Made by a program: the position numbers and the translations under genes
Shown: positions 18,655-29,540 of the stretch, in pieces
Position numbering within the stretch: the first letter of the stretch is position 1
How the letters are laid out: each line of letters opens with the position of its first letter
Assembly: GCA_037137655.1 (NCBI GenBank)
Contig: JBAXJX010000001.1
Location: forward strand, 417,624 to 481,623
Direction of reading: 5' to 3'
Length of the DNA stretch: 64,000 bases
Source: Candidatus Falkowbacteria bacterium
GTDB lineage: Bacteria; Patescibacteriota; Patescibacteriia; Patescibacteriales; UBA12465
The notes under the pieces: generated by a model
The model's input: the letters and a program-made list of their open reading frames with translations, nothing else
The model's database searches: none
What the model was told of the DNA's origin: nothing

Positions 18655-19182
18655 ATGATTGATTTGAATGAAAAAAGACAGGATATTATCGCTGTCGCCG
18701 CTGAATTATTTGATAAATTTGTTAATATACCAAAAAGTGTGCGTCCTGACGATAACAAAAGAACTGGTATTCAGGTTCTTGTTTTGGAACCGCATACAAG
18801 AAATTTGGTTATGGTCTCAATTAAAGAACCGTCTGAAGCAGCCAAATTTTTTGTTGTTGAAAAGGCAGTTAGGTCAGAAGAGCTATCACATATGTCGTCA
18901 GCTAATTCTGCTCATCCGCCTTTCATGCAATTTCCCGGTAGTCTTTCCGTGTTTTTAAATGAATTACCAGGGCACAATAATAAGCTTGAAGAGGGTGTTT
19001 TAACGGTATCCACATCTGGTTTATTGTCCGAGGAAGATGTTGCTATAAGTGCAGCTATTCTCGCTAAAATAACAGGAGCTTCATTTGCTCAAATTTGCGA
19101 TAGTGTCGATGCTTTTAGCGGTGAGCTACCTGATTGGTACAATAAAGATAGTAGAAGTTATTTTGATTTTTTATTTGAATAA
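18655..19182 (+). CDS. Hypothetical protein, possible GlcG/HbpS-like fold
   Basis: EKAVRS...SS...FPG...VSTSGL...EDVAI pattern resembles GlcG-like proteins; SD AGGAG upstream. Confidence 0.6.
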   Translation: MIDLNEKRQDIIAVAAELFDKFVNIPKSVRPDDNKRTGIQVLVLEPHTRNLVMVSIKEPSEAAKFFVVEKAVRSEELSHMSSANSAHPPFMQFPGSLSVFLNELPGHNNKLEEGVLTVSTSGLLSEEDVAISAAILAKITGASFAQICDSVDAFSGELPDWYNKDSRSYFDFLFE

Positions 19183-19214
19183 TTTGTATTATTAATAATT
19201 TAAAATCTAAAAAG

Positions 19215-19448
19215 ATGTTATTGTATAAACAAAAGAAAAGTGTAGCTATTTTTGGAATCGATGTTAATAAAATTAATTCCACTGGTGACGAAATTACATG
19301 GAATAGAACTTCTAACGGCCAATCTGTTATAGTTGCATGTCTTGCAGCTATTGAAGGGGATCCGGAGGAACATTATCGGGTACATTTTTCAAAATCAGTG
19401 AGTATGGTAAAAGGAGAACTTAAAGACGCAATCATGCCAATTGATTAA
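19215..19448 (+). CDS. Hypothetical protein
   Basis: 77-aa ORF followed by a terminator. Confidence 0.6.
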   Translation: MLLYKQKKSVAIFGIDVNKINSTGDEITWNRTSNGQSVIVACLAAIEGDPEEHYRVHFSKSVSMVKGELKDAIMPID

Positions 19449-19452
19449 CTAT

Positions 19453-19482
19453 AAGGGAGTCTAGCAATAGCCTTCCTTTTTT
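19453..19482 (+). terminator. Intrinsic terminator shared with 8577-8608
   Basis: AAGGGAGTCTAGCAATAGCCTTCCTTTTTT. Confidence 0.75.
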
Positions 19483-19584
19483 ATTATACTTTAAAACGGA
19501 CACAGGACTGATTGACAAAATACAATAAATATGATACAATATTTCATAGTTAAAACTGTTATTGCACATTAAAATATATATAGA

Positions 19585-20175
19585 ATGAAAAATCTAATTG
19601 TTAAATTTACTGTCAGGTATGACCTGCTAGATGCAATGGTTGAAAAAGCTGATGTTTGGCCTGAAGATCCATTGTTTGGTAGCTCACAAGACACTTCCAT
19701 GTCTCAATATCAAATGAATTATGGCTTTGATTTTAGTCTTAAAAAACCTCTCGGATTAATTGAAGAATATGAAGGTATTGTATTCTTGGGCAAAGAAGGA
19801 ATGTCGATAAACGAGGGTATTGAAAAAATGAACGAGCTTGGATATGAAGGCGCAAATTTTTTTCAATTTTTAGGTTTTCGAATAGAGAACGGTCCAGACA
19901 AAAGATATATTACTGGAAATACTTCTCCACGATTATCTGATTTAGCTGAATATCTTGTTGCACCAGGCATCACATCAATTGATCCTCACGGAACAAGTAT
20001 GTCAGGTTTAAGCATGACAAAGGAAACTGAGTTAATGCTAAATGAAAAAGCTGTTTTTCAACCTAAAACTTTATTTCCAGTTCTACAACTTTCATTTGAA
20101 GGTCGATTGATGGCATTTGAAGCTAATCGAGATATGCGTGGAGGTATCGCTTTACTAGGTGTAAAGAAAATTTAA
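19585..20175 (+). CDS. Hypothetical protein, possible degenerate C-type-lectin-like fold
   Basis: 196-aa ORF with its own promoter (TTGACA...TACAAT), boxA-like TGCACATTAAAAT and a terminator at about 20183-20213. Confidence 0.65.
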   Translation: MKNLIVKFTVRYDLLDAMVEKADVWPEDPLFGSSQDTSMSQYQMNYGFDFSLKKPLGLIEEYEGIVFLGKEGMSINEGIEKMNELGYEGANFFQFLGFRIENGPDKRYITGNTSPRLSDLAEYLVAPGITSIDPHGTSMSGLSMTKETELMLNEKAVFQPKTLFPVLQLSFEGRLMAFEANRDMRGGIALLGVKKI

Positions 20176-20211
20176 ATTTATGGGGAGGTCTAAAACATCA
20201 GACCTCCTTTT

Positions 20212-20823
20212 TTATTTAAAACTAAAAATAACTTTTTTATCCGAAATATCAATATTTACACCTTTGTAATTTGGATAGGTCTTTAATAGGGTGAAAAACT
20301 TAGTTCCTAATTTATTAAAAACCATATTAGCCAAAGAACTTGGCACCGGCAAACCATGATAAGTCGCATTATCAATTGCAAATGATAAGTCTTTATCCGT
20401 GCTCACCAAGCTACCAGAAACAGCAAATTCGCCCGTCAAATACTTAATCAACGAGAAGCCGCTAAAGGCGATCTTCCCTTCACTGATAATTACATGCGGA
20501 TCTTTTAAGTCTGGTTTTTTAGTGGAGGCAATTTCCTGTCCCATTAAGTAATTTATTTCCTCCTCACTAAAACTTAAATTAGTGCTCGATGCCAAGACAA
20601 GTTTTAAATCATTAGTCTTATAAGCCTTCGTCCAAGCCTTGTATTTGGCTGCTGCTTGCACTTTTTCCCTATCACCGAAGACTTTCACCTCGGGCGCAAC
20701 ATTTACCACCACCGGAGTGACTGGCTTTTCCCAAAAAAACAAATCACGCCAGGACCAGGCGTGAGCTGCCGCCGGAATTAAAATTATAAATAACAACAAA
20801 ATTATAATCCAGCTTTTTTTCAT
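20212..20823 (-). CDS. Secreted hypothetical protein
   Basis: Signal peptide ending AHA-W. Confidence 0.75.
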   Translation of the reverse strand: MKKSWIIILLLFIILIPAAAHAWSWRDLFFWEKPVTPVVVNVAPEVKVFGDREKVQAAAKYKAWTKAYKTNDLKLVLASSTNLSFSEEEINYLMGQEIASTKKPDLKDPHVIISEGKIAFSGFSLIKYLTGEFAVSGSLVSTDKDLSFAIDNATYHGLPVPSSLANMVFNKLGTKFFTLLKTYPNYKGVNIDISDKKVIFSFK

Positions 20824-20824
20824 A

Positions 20825-22225
20825 TTAGTAGTCGCGTAATTTTTCTAAACCTTTCAATTTTCTAATCTTCTCTAGAGCCTTCGCTTCAATTTGACGAATA
20901 CGTTCGCGGGTCACTTCAAATTCTTGACCAACTTCTTCTAAGGTGTGCGCCACACCATCAGTTAAACCAAAACGCATTTCCAAAATTCTTTGTTCACGCG
21001 GTGATAAATTAATGATAATTTCTTTCACGTAATCGCGTAACAATTGCAAAGCGGCAACACGATCTGGAGTTTCATTTTTTACATCCTCAATAAAATCTTC
21101 CAAAGTGGAATTATCATCATCATCACCAATAGAAGTTTCGAGTGATATAGTATCTTGTGAAATTTTAATAATGTAACGAACTTTTTCCAACTCTTCACCC
21201 ATTTCTGAAGCCACTTCTTCTGGTAACGGTTCGCGACCTAATTCTTGAATCAAAAATCTTTGCACTTGTTGAAAACGATTAATAGTTTCCACCATGTGCA
21301 CTGGAATACGAATTGTGCGGGATTGATCGGCTAAAGCGCGAGTCACGGCTTGGCGAATCCACCAAGTAGCGTAAGTTGAAAATTTATAACCTTTGCGATA
21401 TTCAAATTTTTCCACCGCGCGGAACAAACCAATATTTCCCTCTTGAATAAGATCGAGTAAACCTAAACCTTTGGCGCTGGCAAATTTCTTTGCAATCGAT
21501 ACCACCAAACGCAAATTAGCTTCAATGATAGCACGTTCCGCTTCGCGATCGCCCCGTTCTTTTCGTTTTGATAATTCAATTTCTTCTTCGGATGTTAACA
21601 ATGGAATTTTACCAATTTCTTTCAAATACATCTGGATGGAATCGGCACTTAACTTGGATAAATCAATACCCATGCTTGGCGCTTTTTTAACTACCACGTC
21701 TTCAGTTTTACCTAAAATATGACCGGCATCTTCAATAATCTTAATACCAGCTTCATGCAAACGACCTAAAAAAATATCGTAATCATAAACACAATCTTCT
21801 ACATGCGGAAATAAATATAATAATTCAGTCTCAGTAACAAAGCCACGCAAACGAGCCTTGTTAATCATCGAAACTAATCTCTCTTCAGTTGGTGGTGGCG
21901 TTGCTTCATGTGAAGCGATACGACGCGGAACAGTTTTAACTTCTTCCACCTCTTTAGCTTTTTCTTTTTTCGCCGGTGCCTTTGGCATCACCTTCTTCAC
22001 GGCCGCTTTTGGGGCAACCGGATGAACAACTTTAGCCAAAACTTTTTTAATAATTTTAGCAACTGGTTTTTTAATTATTTTCTGTTCAGTTTTTTTTATC
22101 ATTTTTTTCGGAGCAATCTTTGCTTTAGTTTTGACCTTAACCGGAGCCGGTTTTTTAGCCACTTTCTTAGGCGCCATCTTTGGCGTTTTTTTGATTATTT
22201 TTTTGTTTACTTGTTTGGCGCTCAT
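20825..22225 (-). CDS. rpoD: Primary sigma factor RpoD with a Lys/Ala/Pro-rich N-terminal extension
   Basis: [35 protein letters not shown] and [20 protein letters not shown]. Confidence 0.97.
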   Translation of the reverse strand: MSAKQVNKKIIKKTPKMAPKKVAKKPAPVKVKTKAKIAPKKMIKKTEQKIIKKPVAKIIKKVLAKVVHPVAPKAAVKKVMPKAPAKKEKAKEVEEVKTVPRRIASHEATPPPTEERLVSMINKARLRGFVTETELLYLFPHVEDCVYDYDIFLGRLHEAGIKIIEDAGHILGKTEDVVVKKAPSMGIDLSKLSADSIQMYLKEIGKIPLLTSEEEIELSKRKERGDREAERAIIEANLRLVVSIAKKFASAKGLGLLDLIQEGNIGLFRAVEKFEYRKGYKFSTYATWWIRQAVTRALADQSRTIRIPVHMVETINRFQQVQRFLIQELGREPLPEEVASEMGEELEKVRYIIKISQDTISLETSIGDDDDNSTLEDFIEDVKNETPDRVAALQLLRDYVKEIIINLSPREQRILEMRFGLTDGVAHTLEEVGQEFEVTRERIRQIEAKALEKIRKLKGLEKLRDY

Positions 22226-22227
22226 AT

Positions 22228-24033
22228 TTAATTTATGTCAATTTCTTTTATCTTTTGACTAAGCAATTTTAAATCTGACAATAGCGCTGGAATTTGGGCC
22301 AAATCTTTATTTTGTTCAGCGGCCGCAATTCGCTTCTCTGTTTCGTGCATTTGCTGCTTAAAGAAAAATTGTTTTAAGGCAATTATTATTTTAATGATTT
22401 CATTTTTAGCTTGGTTGTCAGCTAAATCAGAGAAATCTTTATCAGCCAATAAAACTATTTTATTTAACAACGAAACATGACTTACCTCCTGGTTTTCTAA
22501 GTAAGTCTTGAGATTATCGTAGTTTAAATTCTTATTATCATTATAATACATTATCATGTTTTTGTAAAACTCCCGCACCGTCAAACCAAAAACTTGTTCC
22601 AGATCAATATTTGCTACGATATACTCCATGAATTCTGGGAATTTTAGCGCTAAAGCTAACAAAGATAAAGACAACTTCTCTTCCCATAAATCACTGTTTA
22701 AACTCGGTTTTACAGCTACCGGGGCTTTTCTTTGTGGTTCAATTTTAACTTCACTCCGTAAAACTTCACGAAGAGTTTCACGTAAAACACCTTCATCAAT
22801 ATCAATCATTTCCGCTAGGCGTTTTAACCAATGATCAATTTCTAACTTACTGGAAAATTTGGCAATCATCGTCAAAATCTTTTTACTAGTCGCCCGTTTA
22901 TTTTCAATTTTACTTAAATCGATTCCAGCGATAGCTTTAGTGAAATAATATTCCATCATCGGCTTAGCATTCTCCACAGCCTTCTCCCAATCAGCCGGAT
23001 TATTTTTCAAACATTCATCCGGATCTTTGCCGCCCGGAATCATAATAACTTCAATATTTAAATCAGCCGCCATTGCTTCTTTTATTCCTCGATCAGCCGC
23101 CATTTGCCCGGCCGGATCCGCATCAAAAGCGAGTGCGATATTATGAGTGTAGCGTTTAATTAATTTTACTTGCTCCGCTGTTAACGCCGTGCCAGAAGAA
23201 GCAATCACATTTTTATAACCGAATTGATGACAAGTGATTGCATCCATTTGTCCTTCCACAATAATAGCTAAGTCAGCATTTTTAATCGCCATCTTCGCCT
23301 TATCGAGCGCAAAAAAAACGCGCCCCTTATCATAAATATTAGTTTGGGGACTATTGATATACTTACCCAACTTCTCGGCTTCAACCGAGCTTGTCGCCGG
23401 ATTAACGCGCGCCGTAAAAGCAATAATATTACCGGCTGCATCGCTAATTGGAAACATGACGCGATCTCGAAAACGATTATAGTAAGAAGCTGAACCTTCT
23501 TTTTTTATACTGAGACCAGCCATAAATATTTCTTCATTGGAATATTTTTTCGAACGTAAATATAATAATAAATCATCCCAAGAATTTGGACTGTAACCGA
23601 TTCTCCAAGTTCGCACCGTTTCTTCGCTTAAGCCGCGACTCTTTAAATAATTTTTAATCGCCTCATTTTTAAACATCTCGCGCTGATAAAATTCAGCCGC
23701 CACTTCCATCACATCTTGCAAGCGACCCTTTTGCGAATTAAATTCCGTGTTTTCTTTTTGTAAAATCACACCAGCCTTGGGCGCTAATTGACGCATCGCT
23801 TCACCAAAACTAAGTCCTTCCATTTCCATGATGAAAGAAAAAATATCGCCACCCTTACCGCAACCAAAGCAATGCCAGATTTGTTTATCTGGTGACACCA
23901 TAAAAGACGGACTCTTTTCTTGGTGAAAAGGACAATTGGAGCGAAAGTTGGAACCGGCCGCTTTAAGTGAGATATACTCACCCAACACGTCAACGATATC
24001 CAATTTTGATTTTATCTCTTCCGATTGATTCAT
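22228..24033 (-). CDS. dnaG: DNA primase
   Basis: [11 protein letters not shown]...HCFGC zinc finger, KYINSP, VEGQMD and FDADPAG TOPRIM motifs. Confidence 0.97.
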   Translation of the reverse strand: MNQSEEIKSKLDIVDVLGEYISLKAAGSNFRSNCPFHQEKSPSFMVSPDKQIWHCFGCGKGGDIFSFIMEMEGLSFGEAMRQLAPKAGVILQKENTEFNSQKGRLQDVMEVAAEFYQREMFKNEAIKNYLKSRGLSEETVRTWRIGYSPNSWDDLLLYLRSKKYSNEEIFMAGLSIKKEGSASYYNRFRDRVMFPISDAAGNIIAFTARVNPATSSVEAEKLGKYINSPQTNIYDKGRVFFALDKAKMAIKNADLAIIVEGQMDAITCHQFGYKNVIASSGTALTAEQVKLIKRYTHNIALAFDADPAGQMAADRGIKEAMAADLNIEVIMIPGGKDPDECLKNNPADWEKAVENAKPMMEYYFTKAIAGIDLSKIENKRATSKKILTMIAKFSSKLEIDHWLKRLAEMIDIDEGVLRETLREVLRSEVKIEPQRKAPVAVKPSLNSDLWEEKLSLSLLALALKFPEFMEYIVANIDLEQVFGLTVREFYKNMIMYYNDNKNLNYDNLKTYLENQEVSHVSLLNKIVLLADKDFSDLADNQAKNEIIKIIIALKQFFFKQQMHETEKRIAAAEQNKDLAQIPALLSDLKLLSQKIKEIDIN

Positions 24034-24036
24034 AGT

Positions 24037-24510
24037 TTAAGAAAATATTTTTTGCCACCAAGTTTTTTCCTTAGGTGGAATAGAACGTAAATCAGCGCGC
24101 CAATCTCCTTGATTTGGGGCTGGATTAAACGCTTTCGCATTAGGATTATCTGCTGGAATATTAGCCGCATTAACTGCTCTATTTGGTGTATTAAAATTAT
24201 CTGGCGAGGCTAAACCAACAATATCACGCAAACGCGCGATTTCATTAGCCACAAGCTCACTATCATACTCAGCACTATGCATATGAGACCCCTCGTAACT
24301 AGCCTCCTTTTGGTCAAGGTGCAGGTTAAAAACAACATTATCACCAAGCACGTCAAAATACAAATGAAGTCGAGGATAATGGCCTGTACCTAAACGACGC
24401 ACATGACTGGCGACCTGCCGGCGACTATCAAAAATTCTGGCATAACCAGCGCTGTGCAAAAAATTTTCTGGACTATCATTAAGCTGTAAATGATTCACTG
24501 TTAATTTCAT
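24037..24510 (-). CDS. Hypothetical protein
   Basis: 157-aa ORF tightly packed in the operon; YPRLHLY...NLHLDQK motif. Confidence 0.75.
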   Translation of the reverse strand: MKLTVNHLQLNDSPENFLHSAGYARIFDSRRQVASHVRRLGTGHYPRLHLYFDVLGDNVVFNLHLDQKEASYEGSHMHSAEYDSELVANEIARLRDIVGLASPDNFNTPNRAVNAANIPADNPNAKAFNPAPNQGDWRADLRSIPPKEKTWWQKIFS

Positions 24511-24515
24511 AATTT

Positions 24516-24983
24516 TTATTTTTTTCTATTTCTAAAAATGATAAATTTATAAATCAAAAAACTTTCAAACCCGATTAGACCACTGACAATTACCTGGGCT
24601 AATAAATACCAAACCTTATAATAATTTACCAAGACATGCATCCCCCAGCCATTAATATTTAAATTCACAAAAGCGATACTTAAATATAAAGCCAGTTGCA
24701 CATGAAGACGATTTTTTTCTTTACTATTAAAGGTCCAATATTTCTGTAAGGAAAAACTAACCACAAAAGAAATCATAAAAGCCATGGAAGTAGCCGTAAC
24801 AATACCGATATTAAAAATCCCATGAAAAAGAAATAATAAAATCAAATCAGTGCCACCAGCAAAGATTCCGGCGACAATGAATTTAAAAACTGCCGGGTAA
24901 CGCACCATGAATGCAAAAAATGTCGGACAGGCCGGTTGAAATTTTTCTTTAGCAATTTTAATAATTTTTAAAAATCCCCCCAT
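24516..24983 (-). CDS. GtrA family flippase-like protein
   Basis: KFIVAG...SFSLQKYWTF...FLIYKFIIF, 4 TM segments. Confidence 0.85.
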   Translation of the reverse strand: MGGFLKIIKIAKEKFQPACPTFFAFMVRYPAVFKFIVAGIFAGGTDLILLFLFHGIFNIGIVTATSMAFMISFVVSFSLQKYWTFNSKEKNRLHVQLALYLSIAFVNLNINGWGMHVLVNYYKVWYLLAQVIVSGLIGFESFLIYKFIIFRNRKK

Positions 24984-24987
24984 AGAC

Positions 24988-25887
24988 TTACCAGGTAAAA
25001 TTACTATAAATCCAATTTATCAATCGATTGGTTTGCGCAAAGCGCTCTTTATCACTCGCCGTTCCCAGAACCACTGAAATAATATTATGATTATTATCAT
25101 CAGTGAAGGCGGCCGCAAAGCAATAACCCGCTAAATCGGTGTGCCCGGTTTTACCGCCAATAATTTTAACTTGCGGCATGGCAAAAGAATTTAACAAATT
25201 GTCGGTCGTAGTTATTTTTTTCTTATCACCGGCCGCAGTTTGAAATTCAAAATAATTACTAGCAACAGCTCGGCGAATTTCATCTCGATCCAAAGCAATT
25301 TTAAGTAGCTGCGCCACTTCTCGGGCTGTCGAAACATTATTAGAACTTAGTCCGGCCGGATCGGAAAAATGAGTATTAAGTAAACCAAATTTTTTAGCGT
25401 AATCATTCATTCGTTCTACAAAAATATCACTACTAGAGGCCGTAGAATTAGCCAGAGCCATCGCGGCGGTATTATCTGAACCAACGAGCATGGCATAAAA
25501 CAAATCATTAAGTGTCACCTTATCACCCAAATACAAATAAATCTTCCCACCATCCAAGCGATCGGCGCGCGTCATTTCATGAGCAGTTTCCCAACCAGGA
25601 TTATTATCCAAAAAAACAAGCGCCGTCATCAATTTAGTGATACTAGCAATTTGTACTTGGTCATTAGATGACTTCTCGGCCAAAAATATATTATTAGTCG
25701 TATCTAACACGGCATAAGATTTAGCTTCAACAACAAGATCAGTAGAACTAGCTAGACGTGCTGGTAAATGACGACTCTCCTGCTTTTCCAAAAAAACATT
25801 TCTTGAACTAGATACAGAAAAAATTGGCGCCGTAAAATTGTGCCAAAAAAAAGACGATAGAATTAAAAAAAATACTTGCAGGTACAT
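24988..25887 (-). CDS. D-alanyl-D-alanine carboxypeptidase (peptidase S11)
   Basis: ASITKLMT (SxxK), SDN and KTG motifs. Confidence 0.9.
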   Translation of the reverse strand: MYLQVFFLILSSFFWHNFTAPIFSVSSSRNVFLEKQESRHLPARLASSTDLVVEAKSYAVLDTTNNIFLAEKSSNDQVQIASITKLMTALVFLDNNPGWETAHEMTRADRLDGGKIYLYLGDKVTLNDLFYAMLVGSDNTAAMALANSTASSSDIFVERMNDYAKKFGLLNTHFSDPAGLSSNNVSTAREVAQLLKIALDRDEIRRAVASNYFEFQTAAGDKKKITTTDNLLNSFAMPQVKIIGGKTGHTDLAGYCFAAAFTDDNNHNIISVVLGTASDKERFAQTNRLINWIYSNFTW

Positions 25888-25898
25888 AAAAAAATAAA

Positions 25899-26645
25899 TT
25901 AGTCTTTGTCATCTTCGTCCTCATCTTCTTCATCTTCATCTTCATCTTCGTCTTCTTCCTCATCCTCATCTTCATTTTCTTCCTCATCCAACTCTTCATC
26001 TTCTTCGCTTTCACTGTCTTCATCGCCAGCTTCTTCAGCCGCAACACTTTCCTCCGGCAAAACCTCAGGCTCTACAGTTTTTGCTGTTTGATCAACTTGT
26101 TCAACCTGAGTTGCAGCATTAATCATTTTTTCGATTGACTCATCTTTATTTAAACGTTCGTAATCAGGTAGGTCATTAACCTTATTAATACCAAGATAAC
26201 GAATAAAATCCAATGTTACAGCGTAATAAGTTTCATTTTTTTCTTTATCAAATTTTTCTTCAATTAGCCCTCGAATTAATAAGTTGCGCACGATCAAAGA
26301 ACAGTTCACGCCACGAATACGATCCAAATCAATTTTAGTGATTGGGCCACGATAAGCAATAATTGTTAAAGTTTCCAAGCTAGGACGACTCAATTCCCCG
26401 CTCGTTTCATCATGAATAAAATCAGACACTACTTGAGAATTGGCCGCCGAAGACACAATCTGATATTTATCGCTATTTTCAATTACCTGCAAACCACTAT
26501 CCGAATCAGTATAATCTTGCATTAACGCTGCCAATTGTTCGTCCACAGCCTTCTTGTCCGTCTTTAAAAAGCCAGCCAACTCTTTGCTGGTAAGCGGTTT
26601 ATTGGCTACAAATAATAATGATTCGATTTGAGATTTTAATGACAT
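25899..26645 (-). CDS. scpB: SMC-Scp complex subunit ScpB with an acidic tail
   Basis: IESLLF, LETLTIIAYRGPITK...IRGVN. Confidence 0.93.
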   Translation of the reverse strand: MSLKSQIESLLFVANKPLTSKELAGFLKTDKKAVDEQLAALMQDYTDSDSGLQVIENSDKYQIVSSAANSQVVSDFIHDETSGELSRPSLETLTIIAYRGPITKIDLDRIRGVNCSLIVRNLLIRGLIEEKFDKEKNETYYAVTLDFIRYLGINKVNDLPDYERLNKDESIEKMINAATQVEQVDQTAKTVEPEVLPEESVAAEEAGDEDSESEEDEELDEEENEDEDEEEDEDEDEDEEDEDEDDKD

Positions 26646-26647
26646 AT

Positions 26648-27370
26648 TTATTGTTCTAACTTATTAATTATAATATCACTGAATAAACTGGCTTGTTCAA
26701 AAAATAACTCTCGCTGCTTAGCTAATTCCAGGACGGCCAAAAAATTAACGATGACTTCAGTTTTATTTTTAGCGGTAGATAAAATTTTAGTAAAGTTAAC
26801 GCGGACCCGTTCAAGTAATGCTTTTTGAATATAAATAATTCGCTCATCAATACTAATTTTATGATCAATCACTTCTTCTTTAATCTCCACCTCTTCCATT
26901 TGAAAACGACTAACAATAAAATCAAACTGTTCCCGTAAAATCGCTGGAGTTAAATTTTTCGGCGGAGAAAATTTTCCCCAAGAAAAATTATGACGACGTT
27001 TACCGGTTTTACCATAATCCCGCATAAAGGAAAATTTCTTTTTAGCCAACATAATCTCAATCGCCTTACTAGCCTCCACAAACTCCTTATACATTTTTAG
27101 TTGGTGTTCCAATTCACTAATTTCTTCATCCTCTTCCGGTGTCGATAGATACGGCAAAAGCGCCTTTGATTTGATATACAAAAGCTTAGCGGCAATCACC
27201 AAAAAATCCGCAATTTGTTCCGGATCAATTTTATGACTTTGAATATATTTTACATATTCATCGGCAATTTGGGCGAGACCGATTTGAGTAATATCCAACT
27301 CTTCTTTTTCAATAAGTTGCAATAATAACCCTAAAGGACCGTTAAATTTTTCAGTACGAAATTCAATCAT
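26648..27370 (-). CDS. scpA: Segregation/condensation protein A
   Basis: FNGPLGLLLQLI, KSKALLP, FLAVLEL. Confidence 0.93.
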   Translation of the reverse strand: MIEFRTEKFNGPLGLLLQLIEKEELDITQIGLAQIADEYVKYIQSHKIDPEQIADFLVIAAKLLYIKSKALLPYLSTPEEDEEISELEHQLKMYKEFVEASKAIEIMLAKKKFSFMRDYGKTGKRRHNFSWGKFSPPKNLTPAILREQFDFIVSRFQMEEVEIKEEVIDHKISIDERIIYIQKALLERVRVNFTKILSTAKNKTEVIVNFLAVLELAKQRELFFEQASLFSDIIINKLEQ

Positions 27371-27376
27371 AGCTAA

Positions 27377-28336
27377 TTATTTTTTTACAGCCGGAACGGT
27401 GCCAACTGGATTGGCACTACCTTGAGGAAAATTATAGATTTTAAAAGGTAAACATTGATAACCAGTGTCATGGCGCAAGCGATCATCGATGTAACGGTAT
27501 TCTGATTGGGTTTTATCAAGATTGGAAGTCTTAAAATTAGCACACAACTTATAAGAAGAAGTGGCTATAATTTCGTAAGAATAAGTTTCGTTGGTAATTT
27601 GATTAGTGTAAATATTCTCCGAAAAACCAATCGAACTTTTTAATGCTTCTAGATTTTCTGGTAAGTGAGCATTTTGGGCGTAATAAGAATTAACATTATT
27701 ATCAATAGCGGAAAAATTATTAACAGTCTGGTCGTCGATGCGACGATTACGAGTTTTTTGTGGTGACTCCACAATGAACAATGAAGAAGCAAAAGCAACT
27801 AACACAATAACCACAGCCACATAAGTATAAATTTTAACAACCTTATCTTTTTTATCAATAATTTGGCGACGGATATCGTAAAGATAAAAACTAAAAGTCA
27901 TACCGGAAATACCAACCACCGTCAAAACCTTTAGAATAAATTGAGCCGTCAATTCCCCGTTTAAAAATCCTAAAATCGTCACAATCAAATAAACAATAAT
28001 CAAAACTGAACTTACAAGTAGAATAAAATAACTAAGCCAGCGGCGAATACCAGCATCCTTCGCCAATTTACCGGAATTCAAATCTTTATATATCAAGCGG
28101 CTCACAATAAAAAATATTGGGGTCGCAATAATAATAGCGGCAATCGCAAATTTCAAAACATCTTGAGAAAAATCAGTACCATATTGACCATTAATATCTG
28201 GTAAATTTTTATTTATAATTTGAAATAATATTTGACCAGTGGATAAAGCGGTGAAACACAAAGTTATCAAAGATAAGAGATAATAAAAGGCAAATTTAGC
28301 TGAATTTATTTTTACTGGTTGATTACTATTCTCCAT
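27377..28336 (-). CDS. DUF5671-like membrane protein with a pilin-like C-terminal domain
   Basis: AKFAFYYLLSLI, IRRWLSY, 5 TM segments, YKLCANF. Confidence 0.7.
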   Translation of the reverse strand: MENSNQPVKINSAKFAFYYLLSLITLCFTALSTGQILFQIINKNLPDINGQYGTDFSQDVLKFAIAAIIIATPIFFIVSRLIYKDLNSGKLAKDAGIRRWLSYFILLVSSVLIIVYLIVTILGFLNGELTAQFILKVLTVVGISGMTFSFYLYDIRRQIIDKKDKVVKIYTYVAVVIVLVAFASSLFIVESPQKTRNRRIDDQTVNNFSAIDNNVNSYYAQNAHLPENLEALKSSIGFSENIYTNQITNETYSYEIIATSSYKLCANFKTSNLDKTQSEYRYIDDRLRHDTGYQCLPFKIYNFPQGSANPVGTVPAVKK

Positions 28337-28422
28337 ATAATTACAAATTATTTTAAATTAATTTTTAATAACTTAGTCTAATTTTACCTTATATCCCTTT
28401 TTAAATCAAGAATTTACTAAGA

Positions 28423-29142
28423 TTAGCCTTTATTATGGTTTAAAATAGCTAGTGAGATTCTTTTAAATTCACCTGCCACTTCACTGTTTACAATTAAATG
28501 ACCCAAAGCTTCAAAATCAACCAATAAAACTTGGCGCATTAGCTTAAGACAGTTATCTGAAACCAGTGTCGATAAGCTAGCCGCTCGAACTTCGATAAAG
28601 CATTTATCACAAATAAGACCACCACGACTAAAAACAAAATGATTTTTTCCAGACACAATTTTTTGATTACAAACTAAGCAATTATTAAGCTCCGGACGAT
28701 AACCAAGTAAGGCTAGTAACTTTAAATCAAAATAACCAGCAAACAATTCTTCCATGTTATCCGCCTTAGCCATCGCCGCTAAAAATTCTTGCAATAGATA
28801 AAATAGGTCCGCATCCGGATGATCTTCGCGCACCAAAGTATTAAATACTGCGACAGCATTTCCAGCCCAAAGTATTTTATTATAGTCCGATTTAATTGTC
28901 GTCTGACAATCACGTGCTACAGCACTACCAATATATTTTTTAGTGCGACCGGAAATAATCATGATATCAACCAAATTAAGCGGCTCAATATGTGCCACTA
29001 ATTTTGACCCCGAGCGTTGTGTGCCGCGCGTAATTAATTCCAATTTACCGCGATCAAGTGTGTAAACAAAAACGCGGCTATCAACTTCCTTGTATGGCTC
29101 GCGTTTTAGAATTATTGCTTTGTCATTAAAAGTCTCGTCCAT
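28423..29142 (-). CDS. recO: DNA repair protein RecO
   Basis: AIILKREPYKEVD N-terminus; LGYRPELNNCLVC...CDKC zinc finger. Confidence 0.92.
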   Translation of the reverse strand: MDETFNDKAIILKREPYKEVDSRVFVYTLDRGKLELITRGTQRSGSKLVAHIEPLNLVDIMIISGRTKKYIGSAVARDCQTTIKSDYNKILWAGNAVAVFNTLVREDHPDADLFYLLQEFLAAMAKADNMEELFAGYFDLKLLALLGYRPELNNCLVCNQKIVSGKNHFVFSRGGLICDKCFIEVRAASLSTLVSDNCLKLMRQVLLVDFEALGHLIVNSEVAGEFKRISLAILNHNKG

Positions 29143-29144
29143 AC

Positions 29145-29522
29145 CTAAGCAATTTTATCTAAATAATCTTGCAAAATTAGCATGGCGGCTACTTCATCCC
29201 GACCATGCTTCTCACCCTTATTACCTTCCAAGGCGTCAGCCGCTTTACTGGAAAGACGTTCATCAATTAGCATTAAAGGCACAGTTGTATTTTTTTTAAG
29301 CAAGTCCATAAAAGCGGAAAATTGCTTGTTAACTTCCATATTAGAATCTTTCATTTTAAGAGGATGACCAATAACAATTTCATCAACTTCCTCGTCGGCG
29401 ATAACCTCCAATAATTCGCTAAAATTAGCCACAGTTGTGAACGGCAAAGCCATCCGAGTTTCTCCATCGGCCAGTGCTAAACCAATTCTCTTTTCACCCC
29501 AATCAATCCCAAGATAAGTCAT
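29145..29522 (-). CDS. ruvX: YqgF/RuvX pre-16S rRNA nuclease
   Basis: LGIDWGEKRIGLA, DERLSS, AAMLILQDYL. Confidence 0.92.
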   Translation of the reverse strand: MTYLGIDWGEKRIGLALADGETRMALPFTTVANFSELLEVIADEEVDEIVIGHPLKMKDSNMEVNKQFSAFMDLLKKNTTVPLMLIDERLSSKAADALEGNKGEKHGRDEVAAMLILQDYLDKIA

Positions 29523-29540
29523 TTTATCAATGTTAAAAAA

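Noticed and set aside
25808-26091. Poly-Ser and KM-repeat ORFs / tandem repeat
   Set aside because: Alternative frames of the GAA/GAT-rich acidic tail of ScpB.
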